Assembly (NCBI GenBank): GCA_963841435.1
Contig: CAWJCS010000003.1
Coordinates: forward strand, 608,001 to 672,000
Source of the DNA: an uncultured delta proteobacterium
Lineage (GTDB): Bacteria > Myxococcota_A > Polyangia > Polyangiales > Polyangiaceae
DNA length: 64,000 bases
Direction: 5' to 3'
Shown here: positions 8,689 through 19,417 of the stretch, piece by piece
How positions within the stretch are numbered: position 1 is the stretch's first letter
Layout of the letters: every line of letters starts with the position of its first letter
The notes under the pieces: generated by a model
Database searches by the model: none
Told to the model about the DNA's origin: nothing
The model's input: only the letters and a program-made list of their open reading frames with translations
Position numbers and translations under genes: made by a program

Positions 8689-10346
8689 CAGGCCTGCCCC
8701 CACCCCGGGGGCGGATTTGCCGTGCGCGCCCGGATGTTTTTCTCGATGAGCGAGAGCAGCTGCTCGCCCGTGACGCCGAGCCGTTCGGCTGCGTGCCCCG
8801 CGAGCGACGTGTGAGCGACGCCAGGCACGAACTGGTAGGTGGCGCGCCGATCGGGTCCGAGCTCGACCTGCAGAAAACCGAGGTTCGGGATCTTGTTTTC
8901 CTTGTCGAGGCGGGCTGCAAACGCGAGAAAGTGGGTCGTGATGAAGGCCTGCGGCGCGAGCCGCGACAGCATGGCGAGGACGAGCTCGAAGATCTCTTCG
9001 CCTTCGGATGGATTGGTGCCCGAGCAGAGCTCGTCGAGCAGCACCATGGCCCCGGGCGGGAGCCGCTCGAACAGCTCGCGGATGCGCACGAGCTCCATGC
9101 CGAGGCGCCCCTCGGCCTGATCGATCTTCGTCTCCTGAATCAGCGAGACGACGAGGCCCGGCACGAGCGCGATGGTGCCGGAGCTCGCGGGCACGAAGAG
9201 CCCCGACTGCGCGAGTAGCTGCGCGAGGCCGACCGCTTGCAGCAGACGTGTCTTGCCGCCCGAGTTGGGCCCGGTCACGAGCACGGTGTGGGTCAGGCTG
9301 GCGGAGGAAAGATCGCAGGGGACCGGCTTGATCCCGCTCACGAGCAAGAGCGGATTGAACAGTCCCCGAAAAGCGCGCGGTCGGTCGGGGCCGACGATCT
9401 CGGGCAGGCAGACCTCGAGCCCCGCCTCGTGCGCGCGGTCGCGCAGGCCGAGGGCGCCGAGGTAAAATTCGAGGTCGCCGAAGAGCTCGACCAGCGCGAC
9501 GAGCTCGTCCTCGAAGCCGCTCCATACGGCGTCGACGAGCCGAGCCATGACCTCTCCGTCGCCGAAGCGGTAGCCCCGCACGAAGAGCTCGAGCTTCGCG
9601 AGCCAGCGTCGAAAAGGTGCGCTCACGAAGGGGTTGTCGGCGTGCTCCTCGAGCGACACGATCTGAAATCCGCGAATCCTTCCGTCGGCACCGATGCCCA
9701 CCTTGAGGCTCACCGTCGCGAGGCGCGCGTCGTAGCGCATCAGATCCGCGAGGGCGCGATACGGTTCGCTCGCTTGCACCGACAGGCCAAAATGCGACAA
9801 GCGCGAGAGCCCCGAGCGCGAACGCGCGAACCCGCCGGCCAGCGCATCGAAGATTTCCTTGAGCAGCCCCAGAACGTCGAGCTGGCGGCGCGTCGCGTCC
9901 CAGGTACGACCGCCGCTCGCGTTCTCGAGCAGGCCACGAAAGCGGCCGATGAGCTGGTAGAGCCGCTCGAGCTCGGCGCGAAGCTCCGCGCTTTCCATGA
10001 GCTCGCCGAGCACGCCACGACGGTAGGAAACGACAGCCGGATCGGCGGGTGGGTGCGCGAGCAGGCGGGCCAAGTGCGCCGCCATGAGCGTGGGCTCGTT
10101 CCTGCCGATGCGAACGCGGAACCCTTGCGCCACGAAGCGCTCGAGGAACAGGTCGTTGACGAATCCGGCCGGATCGAAAGTCGAGGGCGCGAGCGTGGCC
10201 CGTGCGAGCGCGTCACTGAAGAGGCCCCCGGAGACGCCACCCGCGAACGCCAGCGTCATGCTGAGCTTGGTGCGCTCGGAGTTGACGCGCCGGAGCGGGA
10301 CCGGGTGCAAGAGGTCGGGTAAAAGAGCGGGCTCGAAGGTCGTCAT
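8688..10346 (-). CDS. MutS-related protein (MutS domain V ATPase)
   Basis: TGPNSGGKT (Walker A), LAQSGLFVPA, LLDELCSGT (Walker B), TTHF; too short for MutS1; start MTTFEP inferred. Confidence 0.88.
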   Translation of the reverse strand: MTTFEPALLPDLLHPVPLRRVNSERTKLSMTLAFAGGVSGGLFSDALARATLAPSTFDPAGFVNDLFLERFVAQGFRVRIGRNEPTLMAAHLARLLAHPPADPAVVSYRRGVLGELMESAELRAELERLYQLIGRFRGLLENASGGRTWDATRRQLDVLGLLKEIFDALAGGFARSRSGLSRLSHFGLSVQASEPYRALADLMRYDARLATVSLKVGIGADGRIRGFQIVSLEEHADNPFVSAPFRRWLAKLELFVRGYRFGDGEVMARLVDAVWSGFEDELVALVELFGDLEFYLGALGLRDRAHEAGLEVCLPEIVGPDRPRAFRGLFNPLLLVSGIKPVPCDLSSASLTHTVLVTGPNSGGKTRLLQAVGLAQLLAQSGLFVPASSGTIALVPGLVVSLIQETKIDQAEGRLGMELVRIRELFERLPPGAMVLLDELCSGTNPSEGEEIFELVLAMLSRLAPQAFITTHFLAFAARLDKENKIPNLGFLQVELGPDRRATYQFVPGVAHTSLAGHAAERLGVTGEQLLSLIEKNIRARTANPPPGWGQA

Positions 10347-10496
10347 GCGCAGGGGCCGACACCCCCCTCGGGCCAATGTTCCCCGGGTGAACCGGGCCCG
10401 CAAGGCGAACGAGGGCGTCGGGCGACCGCCCTGACCGCCGGCGCCGGTCACGGGCTGGAAAGCAGGCCGAAACGCGTGCCGAGAGACGATTCTCTC

Positions 10497-11865
10497 ATGG
10501 CGATTGGGCTCACCGTCCTCGAGCGAGCCGGACGCGTCGTCGCCAGGGATCTGGAGATCGAGGTTCTCGGGCCCTGTACCTTCCCCTCGCCCATGGCCGC
10601 CCGGCTCGCCCAGTCGACCATCCACTACGTGGGTGAGGCGGACCGCGTGCTGCTCGAGGACAAGCTGTCGCAGGTGCTCGGGCGAGCGGACGATCTCGCG
10701 GCGACACCAGCGTTCGAGCTCGCCGGGCCGCGCGACAAGATCTTCTTCGACCCCTCACGCCTGAGGTGCGGCATCGTCACGTGCGGCGGTCTGTGCCCGG
10801 GCCTCAACAACGTCGTTCGCGGGCTCGTGCTCTGCCTCACGGAAAGCTACGGCATCGAGCAGATCCTCGGCTTCCGCTACGGCTACGCGGGGCTGGTGCG
10901 CAAGAGCGGGCTCGGCGCCGTCCGGCTCACGCCGACCGTCGTCGCGGACGTTCACCAGCAGGGTGGCACGATGCTCGGCACGTCGCGCGGCGGTCAGGAC
11001 GCCGCGGACATGGTCGACCGGCTGGAGGAGCTCGAGATCGGGGTCTTGTTCGTCGTCGGGGGCGACGGCACGTGCCGCGGCGCGATGGCGCTCGTCGAGG
11101 AGATCCGGAAGCGCCAGGTGCCCATCGGGATCGTCGCCATTCCGAAGACCATCGACAACGACATCCACTTCATCGATCGCAGCTTCGGCTTCGAAACCGC
11201 CTACTCTGCGGCCGTCAACGTGATTCGCAACGCCCACGTCGAAGCCATGGGCGCTCGCAACGGCATCGGCCTCGTCAAGCTCATGGGGAGGCACTCCGGG
11301 TTCATCGCTTGCCACGCCGCGCTCGCCTCGACGGACGTTAACGTCGTCTTGATCCCCGAGATCCCCCTGCGACTCGAGGGTCACGGAGGGCTGTTCGAGG
11401 TGCTCGAGGCGCGGCTCGAGCAGACCGAGCACGCCGTGGTGGTCGTCGCCGAGGGCGCGGGTCAGGAGCTGTGTCGCCCGGAGCGCGAGAGCGGGCCCCC
11501 TTCGACCGACGCCAGCGGCAACGCGAAGCTTCTCGACATCGGCATCGTGCTCAGGGATCGCATCGTCGAGCACTTCCGGCGCAAGCACGTCGAGATCACG
11601 CTCAAGTACCTCGACCCGAGCTACTCGATCCGCAGCGTGCCGGCTTCTCCCGCCGACAGCGTTTATTCGTGGCACATGGCGCGCAACGCCGTGCACGCCG
11701 CGCTCGCCGGCAACACCAATATGCTGATCGGTCGCTGGCACGGGCGCTTCGTGCACGTGCCGCTGCCGCTCGTGACCCGCTTCCGCAAACACGTCGATAC
11801 GACGGGCGACCTGTGGGCGGCCGTGGTCGAGTTGAACGGGGCAACCCTTTTCCTTCGGCGCTTGA
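10497..11865 (+). CDS. pfkA: 6-phosphofructokinase; probable +1 frameshift near the C-terminus
   Basis: TCGGLCPGLN, GGTMLGTSRG, GGDG, PKTIDND, MGRHSG, YLDPSY; removing one A at 11835-11836 restores the usual ELTGQP ending with TGA at 11863-11865 (ORF as given runs to 11948). Confidence 0.9.
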
Positions 11866-11970
11866 GACCGGTGCCGACCCGGGCGAAATGGCGTAAGACG
11901 CAAGCTTTCGCGGCGGGCGAGTTGACTCTCCCTTCGGGCGAGCGATAGAAATCCCCGCCGCGAGTCGCGC

Positions 11971-13539
11971 ATGCCTAGAGTCGCCGTCTTTGGTTGGGGC
12001 GTCGTCGCCCCGCGCTCGGCGAACGTCGCCCGCTTCGCAGAAAACCTCGAGCAGGCAGGGCACTGGCTCGAGCCGTTCAACGGCTTCGGCCCCGACAACT
12101 TCCTCGTGGGCCGACCCGATTTCGATTTCGCGACCTACCGGCCGTGGGTCGAGAAGCGTTTCCTGCCCGGGCGCTACAACCAGCTCGTCGAGAAGATGGA
12201 CGAGACGGCGCTCTACGCGGTGGGCGCGTTCATCCAGGCGCTCGAGCAGAATCCCGGCGTCGAACCGCGTCTGACCGAGCTCGGCAGGCAAGCGCACGTC
12301 TACGTCGGCACGGCGCTCGGAGCCTTCCCGACGATCCACGAAGCGTCGATCGCCCATCATCGCGCCCAGCGGCGCTGGAACCGCTTCTGGGCCGATCCCG
12401 CGCGCAACGCCGCGCTCGCCGCGTACCTCGCCGGCGACGTGCCTGCCCCCGAAGGGCTTCCACCCGCTCCCTCGGCCGAGCTTTCCATCGACGAGCGCGA
12501 GGAGCGCGAGGACGCGTGGCAGGCATTCTGGGCGGCGCGCTCGGCCGCGCTCGGTGATTACCTCGCCGACCTCCGCGCGATCGAGGGGCTCGGCGTCGAG
12601 GGCAACGTGGACGCGAAGAAGCTCAACGTGATCCGCGAGAAGCGGCGGCGGCTCGCAGCGCTCACGCAGCGCACGGGAACACCCGATCCGCCGTGGACGG
12701 CCATCAGCCCCAACGTACTCTGGAACGTCTCGAACACGCCGGCGAGCCAGATCTCGATGCTCGGGAAGATCACCGGCATGTGCATCGCGCCCGTCGCCGC
12801 CTGCTCGACGTTCGGCGTGTGCCTCAAGCTCGGCATGGACGCGATCGCGCGCGGCAGCGCCAAGCTCGCGGTGATCGGCGCCTGCGACCCCCCGCCGCAT
12901 CCCCTCACGGTCGGCGCGTTCTACTCGGCGCGCGTCCTCTCGGCCGACGGCGAGGTGAGCCGACCACTCACGCGTCTCAAGGGCACGCACGTCGCGGGCG
13001 GGGCCGCGGTTTGGATCATCGGTGACCTCGAGTACGGGCGCGCACACGGCTTCGAGCCGCTCGGCATGGAGCCCGTCAGCGTCGGTGTGAGCGCGGATGC
13101 CGAGCACATCATCACGCCCTCGCAGGACGGGCCGCGCGCCGCGATGGCGGAAGCACTCGAAAAGGCCCACGTGAGCGCAAAAGAGGTCGCGTCGTTCGAT
13201 CTACACGCCACGGCGACGCCCGGCAACGTCTCCGAGGTGGAGAACGTGCGGAGCCTCGTGCCGTCGGCCCTCGTCACGGCGCGCAAGGGCACGTTCGGGC
13301 ACGGTATGGGCGTCGGCGGGGGCTGGGAGCTCACGGCGCAATATCTCGGATACGAGCGCGGCAAGCTCTTCGCGACGCCGCTCGCGGAGGAGGACCTGCA
13401 TGCCGCGGTGCGCGAGCTCGGACAGCGTTTCGTGTTCGACCAGCCCGTCGACTTTCCGCGCGGCCCGGTCGGCAAGCTCTCGATGGGCGTCGGGGGCATC
13501 AATGCCTGCGTGATCTCGCGACCATGGACGAAGGACTGA
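11971..13539 (+). CDS. Standalone beta-ketoacyl synthase (FabF-like) with large insertion
   Basis: PVAACSTFG (Cys), DLHATATP (His), RKGTFGH (His), SMGVGGINA. Confidence 0.85.
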   Translation: MPRVAVFGWGVVAPRSANVARFAENLEQAGHWLEPFNGFGPDNFLVGRPDFDFATYRPWVEKRFLPGRYNQLVEKMDETALYAVGAFIQALEQNPGVEPRLTELGRQAHVYVGTALGAFPTIHEASIAHHRAQRRWNRFWADPARNAALAAYLAGDVPAPEGLPPAPSAELSIDEREEREDAWQAFWAARSAALGDYLADLRAIEGLGVEGNVDAKKLNVIREKRRRLAALTQRTGTPDPPWTAISPNVLWNVSNTPASQISMLGKITGMCIAPVAACSTFGVCLKLGMDAIARGSAKLAVIGACDPPPHPLTVGAFYSARVLSADGEVSRPLTRLKGTHVAGGAAVWIIGDLEYGRAHGFEPLGMEPVSVGVSADAEHIITPSQDGPRAAMAEALEKAHVSAKEVASFDLHATATPGNVSEVENVRSLVPSALVTARKGTFGHGMGVGGGWELTAQYLGYERGKLFATPLAEEDLHAAVRELGQRFVFDQPVDFPRGPVGKLSMGVGGINACVISRPWTKD

Positions 13540-13714
13540 CGTTGCCACCGGCTGCCTGAGAGCCCATCCAACCGGATCGAGCTGTCGGGCGACGGCCCCT
13601 TCCTGCGCTCCGTATACGGGCTGTTAACGCCAGCTGGCGGGGCCGGGAGCGCGGAAGCGGGCTTATTTCGCGGGGTCAGAAGCCTCACTCTGCACGAGCC
13701 GGGCCGACGGGTGC

Positions 13715-15532
13715 GTGGGCACGCACCTTGCTCCGGCGGAGGGGGTGAGAACGGAGCGCTGGTCATGGATTGGGCTTTGGGGGATGGCGCTCGTGGCCTG
13801 CACGGGCCGCGTGGAGCGGGACGCCGGCGGCGCACCGAGTGGGAGGACGAGCGGCGGCTCGGCGGGCACCGCGGGCAACGGCGTGGCCGCCTCGAGCGCC
13901 GTGGCTGGCGCAGGCGGCATCGGCAGCGGGGGCAGCGGCGGCACGGGCTCGACGAGCGGCGGCGGCGCCGCAGGGGGCGCGGGTGAGAGCACGCTCGTCG
14001 AAGGCGAAGGAGTCGGCAAGGCGGGTATGCGCCGCCTGACGATCGCGGAGCTCGACCGGACGCTCGAGGATCTGCTCGGCGACGCCACGCGCCCGGCGCG
14101 CCAGGCGCTGCAGGAGGAGCAGCTCGGCCCGTTCGAGAACGACTACACGAAGCTCACGGTCTCGAGCGTCCTCGTCGAGGGTCTCGAGCGCCTGGCGACC
14201 GACGTGACGCGCCGCTTGCTGGCCGATCCGGCGCGGCGCGATCGCGTGATCGGCTGCTCGCCGAAGGACGCGACGAGCGAGGACAGCTCTTGCTTTCGTG
14301 GCTTCATCTCCGAGTTCGGTCGGCGGGCGCTGCGCCGCCCGCTGACCGACGCGGAGGTGGACGTTTACGAGCAAGCGGGAGCGCCGTTCGTCGCCCGCCA
14401 GGGCGATTTCTACGCGGGCGTCGAGGTCGCGCTCCGGGCCATGCTCCAGCATCCGGCGTTCCTCTACCGCGTCGAGGTCGGAGCGCCGGTGCCCGGCATG
14501 CCCGGCGTTTACCGGCTCGACGACTGGGAGGTCGCGACCCGCCTCTCGTACCTCGTTTGGGGGTCGACGCCTTCCGACGTGTTGCTCGAGCGCGCCGAAC
14601 AGAGCTTGCTCGAGACCCCGGACGGTGTGCGCGACGCCGCGCTCGAGATGTTCGCGTCACCACGCACGACGGAGAATCTCGATCAATTCCACGCGCTCTG
14701 GCTCGGTTACTCCGTCTTGCCGCACTCGCAATCGCTGACGACCGCCATGCGGCGCGAATCGGCCATGCTCGTGGCACGAGCGTTCGACGAAGACGCGTCG
14801 TGGCTCGACCTCTTCCGCGCGACCGACACCTACGTCAACGACGAGCTAGCAGCGCTCTACGGCCTGCCGGCACCGGCGGGCGGCGAAGGCTTCGTTCCGT
14901 ACGGCGACACGGGGCGGCAAGGGTTGCTCTCGCACGGCTCGTTCCTCTCGATCCTCGGCGACACGCTCGACACGAGCCCCACACGTCGCGGCAAGCGCGT
15001 GCGCACGCAGCTCCTGTGCGAAGACGTACCGCCACCCCCGCCCAATGTGAACGCCGATGCACCGCCCGCAGGCACGGGCAGCCCCTGCAAGTGGGATCGC
15101 TACGCCGAGCATCGCTCACCGAGCAGCTGCGCCGGCTGCCACAGCCAGATCGATCCCATCGGCTTCGGCCTCGAAAACTACGATCGCGAAGGCCGGTATC
15201 GCACGCACGACATCGACACGCTCGACGGCTCCCCGACGTTCGGCGAGGAGCTGCCCGAGTGCGAGATCACTGGCGAGGGCGAGGTGGACGGGCTCGGCAC
15301 GTTCCGCGGTCCCGCCGAGCTCGAAGACCTTCTGATCGACAGCAACCGCATCGGGCCTTGTGTCGCGAAGCAGTACTATCGCTTCGCCACGGGGCGACCG
15401 GAAGACGCCGACGACGCCGCAGCCATCGCCGAGCTCCAGGCGCGCTTCGAGGGCTCGGGCTACGCGTTTCGCGAGCTCGTGCTCGGCACCGTCACTTCGA
15501 ACGCCTTCGGCTATCGCCGGGAGGAGCCCTGA
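13715..15532 (+). CDS. DUF1592/DUF1588-domain lipoprotein (copy 1)
   Basis: Lipobox ALVAC, Gly/Ser linker, RRLT, RALRRPL, P-x-FLYR, RLSY, TSPTRRG, CAGCHSQIDPIGF. Confidence 0.88.
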   Translation: MGTHLAPAEGVRTERWSWIGLWGMALVACTGRVERDAGGAPSGRTSGGSAGTAGNGVAASSAVAGAGGIGSGGSGGTGSTSGGGAAGGAGESTLVEGEGVGKAGMRRLTIAELDRTLEDLLGDATRPARQALQEEQLGPFENDYTKLTVSSVLVEGLERLATDVTRRLLADPARRDRVIGCSPKDATSEDSSCFRGFISEFGRRALRRPLTDAEVDVYEQAGAPFVARQGDFYAGVEVALRAMLQHPAFLYRVEVGAPVPGMPGVYRLDDWEVATRLSYLVWGSTPSDVLLERAEQSLLETPDGVRDAALEMFASPRTTENLDQFHALWLGYSVLPHSQSLTTAMRRESAMLVARAFDEDASWLDLFRATDTYVNDELAALYGLPAPAGGEGFVPYGDTGRQGLLSHGSFLSILGDTLDTSPTRRGKRVRTQLLCEDVPPPPPNVNADAPPAGTGSPCKWDRYAEHRSPSSCAGCHSQIDPIGFGLENYDREGRYRTHDIDTLDGSPTFGEELPECEITGEGEVDGLGTFRGPAELEDLLIDSNRIGPCVAKQYYRFATGRPEDADDAAAIAELQARFEGSGYAFRELVLGTVTSNAFGYRREEP

Positions 15533-15533
15533 G

Positions 15534-16985
15534 ATGAACCCCTTGCCACGCTTGAATCGCCGCACGCTGCTGAGGGGCGCGGGGACGACCGCGCTCGCGC
15601 TGCCGCTGCTCGAGATCATGGCTCCGAGGCGCGCTCAGGCGCAGACCCTGCCGCTTCGCTACGTCGTGCTCTACGGTTCGTACTCGCTTTCGCCCGACGA
15701 CGATCCTGCCCAGAACCTCATCGTGCCGAGCCGGACGGGCCCCGACTACGACCTCAAGGACGGCCTCCTGCCGCTCGCGCCCGTTCAATCCGAGGTGACC
15801 GTCGTATCGGGGCTGGCGCTCGAGGGCGTGGGGCACCCCGACGCCGGCGACGGCATCCCCATCCACTGGCACAACGACGCGATCTTCGCCGGCGGCACCA
15901 CCCAGCAGAACGGGCTCACGATCGTTTACACGCACCCCACGTCGGACCAAATCGTCGCCGATGCGGCCGGCGGCGCGACGCCATTCCCGTCACTCGCCTT
16001 CCGCGTGCAGGCGTCGCAGTACGTCACGGGAACCGCGTCCGACGCGCTGAAGGGAACGATGTCGGCGCGCTCGGACGGCAACGGCGGCATCGTCGGGATG
16101 ACGCCCAACGCGAGCCCGCACGCCGCCTTCGACTCCCTGTTCGGAGCCGTGAAGACACCCGACCCGACGCTGGACGCTCGCGCGGCGCTCGAGCTCGACC
16201 AGCGAAAGAGCGTGCTCGACGTCGTGGACCGCAGCATGAAAGGCCTCTACGACCGGCTGGGCCGCGCCGACCAGACGCGCCTCACACAGCACTGGGACGA
16301 GATCCGCGCGCTCGAGAAGCGGCTCGCCGCGCTGCCCGCGACGACACCGAGCTCGGCGGCCTGCCAGCCCATCACCGACCCTGGGCCCGATCCGGCCGTG
16401 GGCGGCAGCATCGCCGATCCCAACGGCTACGACGCGAATGCCGGCTACAGCGACGAGGACGCGCGCGCGGCGGTGTTCACCGATCTCACGGCGATGGCCC
16501 TCGCCTGCGACATGACGCGCTCGATGACACTGATGCACACCTTCGTGCAAAGCTTCATGAACGCGGCCGCGATTGCCCAGGTGAGCCGCACCGTGCACGA
16601 TGCTCACCACCAGGGCGGCCCCACGGTCCAGAAGATTGCTCGCATCGCTGCCTGGCACATGAAGCACTTCGCCGCGCTCATCGAGCGCCTACGCTCGCTG
16701 CCCGAAGGCAACGGCACCGTGCTCGACAACACGGCGCTCGTCTACCTCAACGAAGCCGGCATCGGCGTGGACAAGAACGGCGTGCCGAACTCGCACTCGG
16801 GTGACCAGATGATGGCGCTCGTCGCAGGCGGCGCGGGCGGGCTCGTACGCGGCGTCCACATGGTGGCCCCACCCGACGTACGCGACGTGGCCAACGTGCT
16901 CATCACGGCGATGAACGCCGTGGGCGTGCCCACGCAGTCGCTCGGCAACGTCTCCGGCGGCGAAATCCCAGGGCTCCGCGCATGA
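15534..16985 (+). CDS. DUF1552 (HXXSHH) Tat-exported protein (copy 1)
   Basis: NRRTLLRG..LALPLLE, SVLD, LACDMTR, HDAHH, EGNGTVLDNT. Confidence 0.9.
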   Translation: MNPLPRLNRRTLLRGAGTTALALPLLEIMAPRRAQAQTLPLRYVVLYGSYSLSPDDDPAQNLIVPSRTGPDYDLKDGLLPLAPVQSEVTVVSGLALEGVGHPDAGDGIPIHWHNDAIFAGGTTQQNGLTIVYTHPTSDQIVADAAGGATPFPSLAFRVQASQYVTGTASDALKGTMSARSDGNGGIVGMTPNASPHAAFDSLFGAVKTPDPTLDARAALELDQRKSVLDVVDRSMKGLYDRLGRADQTRLTQHWDEIRALEKRLAALPATTPSSAACQPITDPGPDPAVGGSIADPNGYDANAGYSDEDARAAVFTDLTAMALACDMTRSMTLMHTFVQSFMNAAAIAQVSRTVHDAHHQGGPTVQKIARIAAWHMKHFAALIERLRSLPEGNGTVLDNTALVYLNEAGIGVDKNGVPNSHSGDQMMALVAGGAGGLVRGVHMVAPPDVRDVANVLITAMNAVGVPTQSLGNVSGGEIPGLRA

Positions 16986-17024
16986 GTGGCGGGCACGAGC
17001 CCCCGTTCTTGGCAAGATAACCGG

Positions 17025-17864
17025 ATGGCCGAGCGCAGCGACCTCGAAGTCTACGACTACCTGGATCACCGCGCCTTTCTCCGGGACTTTTACCTCGAGC
17101 AGAAGGGCAAGCGGCCGTTCTCGTTTCGCAAGTTCAGCCAGGAGGCGGGCCTCAAGTCGCCGAACTACCCGAAGCTCGTGATCGACGGGCAACGCAATCT
17201 CTCGGATGCCATGGCGCGGCAGTTCGCCAAGGCGCTCAAGCTGTCGGGTGAATCCCGCGACTACTTCCTCGAGCTCGTGCGCTTCAACCAGGCGACGACC
17301 CCAGCAGCACGAGACGAGGCGTACGCCAAGCTCACGGGCTTTCACCGCTACCACGCCGGGCGCACGCTCGAGCAGGCGCACGCCGCGTATCATGCCACCT
17401 GGTATTTACCCGCGATTCGCGAGCTAGCAGCGGCGCGGGCCTTCAAGAGCGACCCCGCGTGGATCGCCGCGCACATGAAGCCGCGCATCACGCGCCTCGA
17501 GGCCAAGCAGGCGCTCGATATCCTGCTCGAGCTCGGTTTGCTGGTCAGAAACGACCGGGGCGAGCTCAAGCAGGGGCAAGCCGTGGTTTCGACGGGACCC
17601 GAAACCCAGGGCCTCCACATCGCCAACTATCACCGCGAAATGATCGGTCGGGCGCGGCTCGCCATCGACGAGCACCGCGCGGGCGAGCGGGACATTTCAT
17701 CCCTGACGCTGTGCGTGGGCGAAGAGGGGCTCCGGCTCATCAAGGAACGCATCCAGCGCTTCCGGCGAGAGCTGGTCGAGCTGGCCGTGCTCGAGGACGC
17801 GCCGCGGCAGGTGATCCAGGTAAACTTCCAGCTTTTCCCACTATCCGAGATCTGTGAAAAGTAG
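17025..17864 (+). CDS. TIGR02147-family protein (N-terminal HTH-like region)
   Basis: YDYLDHRAFLRDFY, FSFRKFSQEAG, WYLPAIRELA, RDISSLT, QVNFQLFPLS. Confidence 0.88.
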   Translation: MAERSDLEVYDYLDHRAFLRDFYLEQKGKRPFSFRKFSQEAGLKSPNYPKLVIDGQRNLSDAMARQFAKALKLSGESRDYFLELVRFNQATTPAARDEAYAKLTGFHRYHAGRTLEQAHAAYHATWYLPAIRELAAARAFKSDPAWIAAHMKPRITRLEAKQALDILLELGLLVRNDRGELKQGQAVVSTGPETQGLHIANYHREMIGRARLAIDEHRAGERDISSLTLCVGEEGLRLIKERIQRFRRELVELAVLEDAPRQVIQVNFQLFPLSEICEK

Positions 17865-18585
17865 CACCCCCATGATGCTCGCCTGCCGCGCTGCTTCCCT
17901 GCTCGCATTCGCCGTTGCGATCGCCTGCGCCCCGACCGAGACGGGAAACCCGCCTGCAAGCGATAGCCTGCTCTTTACCGCAGGCAGTTCGGCACCCGAC
18001 GACATTGCAGTTTCACCGGACACGGCCCCCGTCAGCGTGGAGGCGTTGTGGCTTGGCTCCACGACGCTCGGCTACATCCCCTGCGACGGCGACGCGACGA
18101 ACTCCGTCTACCTCAAGCAAGAAGCAAGCGCGATGGAGCTCGTGAGCGGGGACGGCGCGCTAGCGGTCGGCGCGGTGCCCGACGGCAGCTACTGCCTCAT
18201 CTTCATGCAGGGCTCGGCCGTGCCGGGCGACGAAGTACCCGCCGAGCTCCACGACTACTCGTTTTTTTCCACGGGCAGCCTCGCGAGCGGCGCGAAATTC
18301 GAGATTTTGGGTGACGACATCGGCCTCGAGCATGCGTTCCCGAACCCGATCGTCCGCGGTCCGAGCTCTCCGAACCTGTTGCTGGAGCTCGACGTGGCTC
18401 ATCTGCTGTCCCCTCTCGCTCTCGACCAGGCGGCGCCCGACACGGACGGCGTCGTCCACGTCAACAAGTCGATTGTCACGGGAGATCCGAGCGGTTTCCG
18501 CGAAGGCTTCCGCACCTCGGTGAGCCTGCACGAGGATCTGAACGGCAACGGGCGCGTGGACGCGAACGAACCCGACCTGTTCTGA
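17854..18585 (+). CDS. Hypothetical lipoprotein
   Basis: Lipobox AIAC followed by APTETGNP; C-terminal DLNGNGRVD Ca-binding-like motif; overlaps upstream stop (alternative ATG 17872). Confidence 0.7.
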   Translation: MKSSTPMMLACRAASLLAFAVAIACAPTETGNPPASDSLLFTAGSSAPDDIAVSPDTAPVSVEALWLGSTTLGYIPCDGDATNSVYLKQEASAMELVSGDGALAVGAVPDGSYCLIFMQGSAVPGDEVPAELHDYSFFSTGSLASGAKFEILGDDIGLEHAFPNPIVRGPSSPNLLLELDVAHLLSPLALDQAAPDTDGVVHVNKSIVTGDPSGFREGFRTSVSLHEDLNGNGRVDANEPDLF

Positions 18586-18726
18586 AACCGGGGGCGCGTG
18601 CTTCGTGTCGGCGCGCGCCTGGCGGCTTCGTGGACGACTGAACATGATCCCGGGACTCTCGGCCATGGTTGACCTGCTGGGCTCGCCTGATAGGCGATCC
18701 CGACACCAGAAACGGAGGAAGCTGAC

Positions 18727-19404
18727 ATGAAGATCGGAGTCTTGGGGACCGGGATCGTGGGTCGAACCATCGCAGAAAAGCTTGCCGAGCTCGGACATAC
18801 GGTCACCGTCGGGACGCGCGACCCGGCCGCCACGCTGGCGCGCTCCGAGCCCGACGGCATGGGCAACCCACCCTTCAAAGTCTGGCGCGAGGCGCATCCG
18901 AAGATCGACCTCGGGACGTTGGCGCAGGCGGCGGCGCACGGCGAGCTCGTCGTCCACGCCATGTCCGGCAAGGGGGCCCTCGATTCTCTGAAGGAGGTGA
19001 GCCGGGAGCTCGGCAGCAAGGTGCTCGTCGATATTTCGAACCCCCTCGATTTCTCGAAGGGCTTTCCCCCCACGCTCAGCGTCTGCAACACCGACTCACT
19101 CGCCGAGCAGATCCAGCGTGAGCTGCCGAACGTCAAGCTGGTCAAGACGCTCAACACCGTGAACGCCAACCTCATGGTGGCGCCGGACCTGCTCGCCGGG
19201 GGCGATCACACCATGTTCGTCGCCGGCAACGACGCCGCCGCCAAGGCCAGCGTCACGAAGCTACTCGAGAGCTTCGGCTGGAAGGATATCGTGGATCTCG
19301 GCAACGTCAGCATGGCGCGCGGACTCGAGATGTACCTGCCGCTCTGGGTTCGGGCGTTCGGCGCCGTCAAGACGCCGATGTTCTCGATCAAGCTCGTGCG
19401 CTGA
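18727..19404 (+). CDS. NADPH-dependent F420 reductase-like / F420_oxidored family oxidoreductase
   Basis: MKIGVLGTGIVG, DISNPL, SLAEQIQ, VKTLNT, AGND; SD GGAGG. Confidence 0.9.
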   Translation: MKIGVLGTGIVGRTIAEKLAELGHTVTVGTRDPAATLARSEPDGMGNPPFKVWREAHPKIDLGTLAQAAAHGELVVHAMSGKGALDSLKEVSRELGSKVLVDISNPLDFSKGFPPTLSVCNTDSLAEQIQRELPNVKLVKTLNTVNANLMVAPDLLAGGDHTMFVAGNDAAAKASVTKLLESFGWKDIVDLGNVSMARGLEMYLPLWVRAFGAVKTPMFSIKLVR

Positions 19405-19417
19405 CGGCGGGCGCGGG

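Noticed and set aside
11971-13539. Type II PKS gene cluster
   Set aside because: No ACP, chain-length factor, cyclase or tailoring genes adjacent
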